Shown here: one piece after another, positions 63,949 through 64,000 of the stretch | Layout: each line of letters starts with the position of its first letter | Numbering within the stretch: position 1 is the first letter of the stretch | NCBI GenBank assembly: GCA_951406725.2 | Contig: OX597815.1 | Location: forward strand, 105,710,001 to 105,774,000 | From: Octopus vulgaris | Lineage: Eukaryota | Length of the DNA stretch: 64,000 nucleotides | Direction of reading: 5' to 3' | The notes under the pieces: model-generated | What the model was told of the DNA's origin: nothing | The model's input: the letters and a program-made list of their open reading frames with translations, nothing else | Databases searched by the model: none | Made by a program: the position numbers and the translations under genes

Positions 63949-64000
63949 CATTATTCATCTTATACTTATTCTTATTCTTCCTCTTCTCCTCCCCACATCC

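Overview
AT-rich, CpG-depleted, microsatellite- and transposon-dense animal DNA. The repeat families (RTE LINEs ending in (GAT)n, tRNA-derived SINEs) suggest a coleoid cephalopod, probably Octopus; this is an inference. The only host gene I can support is a + strand coiled-coil gene resembling CCDC171, seen as four phase-compatible coding exons (23652-23823, 35252-35331, 50731-50905, 56904-57016) separated by 6-15 kb introns. The gene continues beyond the window. The rest is mostly decayed mobile DNA: one near-full-length RTE LINE plus roughly 20 fragments, two R4/Dong-like RLE retrotransposon ends next to (TAA)n, four Tc1/mariner remnants, Penelope-like GIY-YIG and pseudo-LTR pieces, a Gypsy-like LTR, a gag CCHC remnant and several SINE families. 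Most notable: a complete C4HC3 PHD-type finger inside the RTE reverse transcriptase, minimal hammerhead-like motifs, a mariner carrying an apparently exact 285-bp copy of DNA 4.2 kb away, and long fold-back structures. There is no prokaryotic system or CRISPR array. Coordinates were read by eye, so repeat boundaries are approximate.
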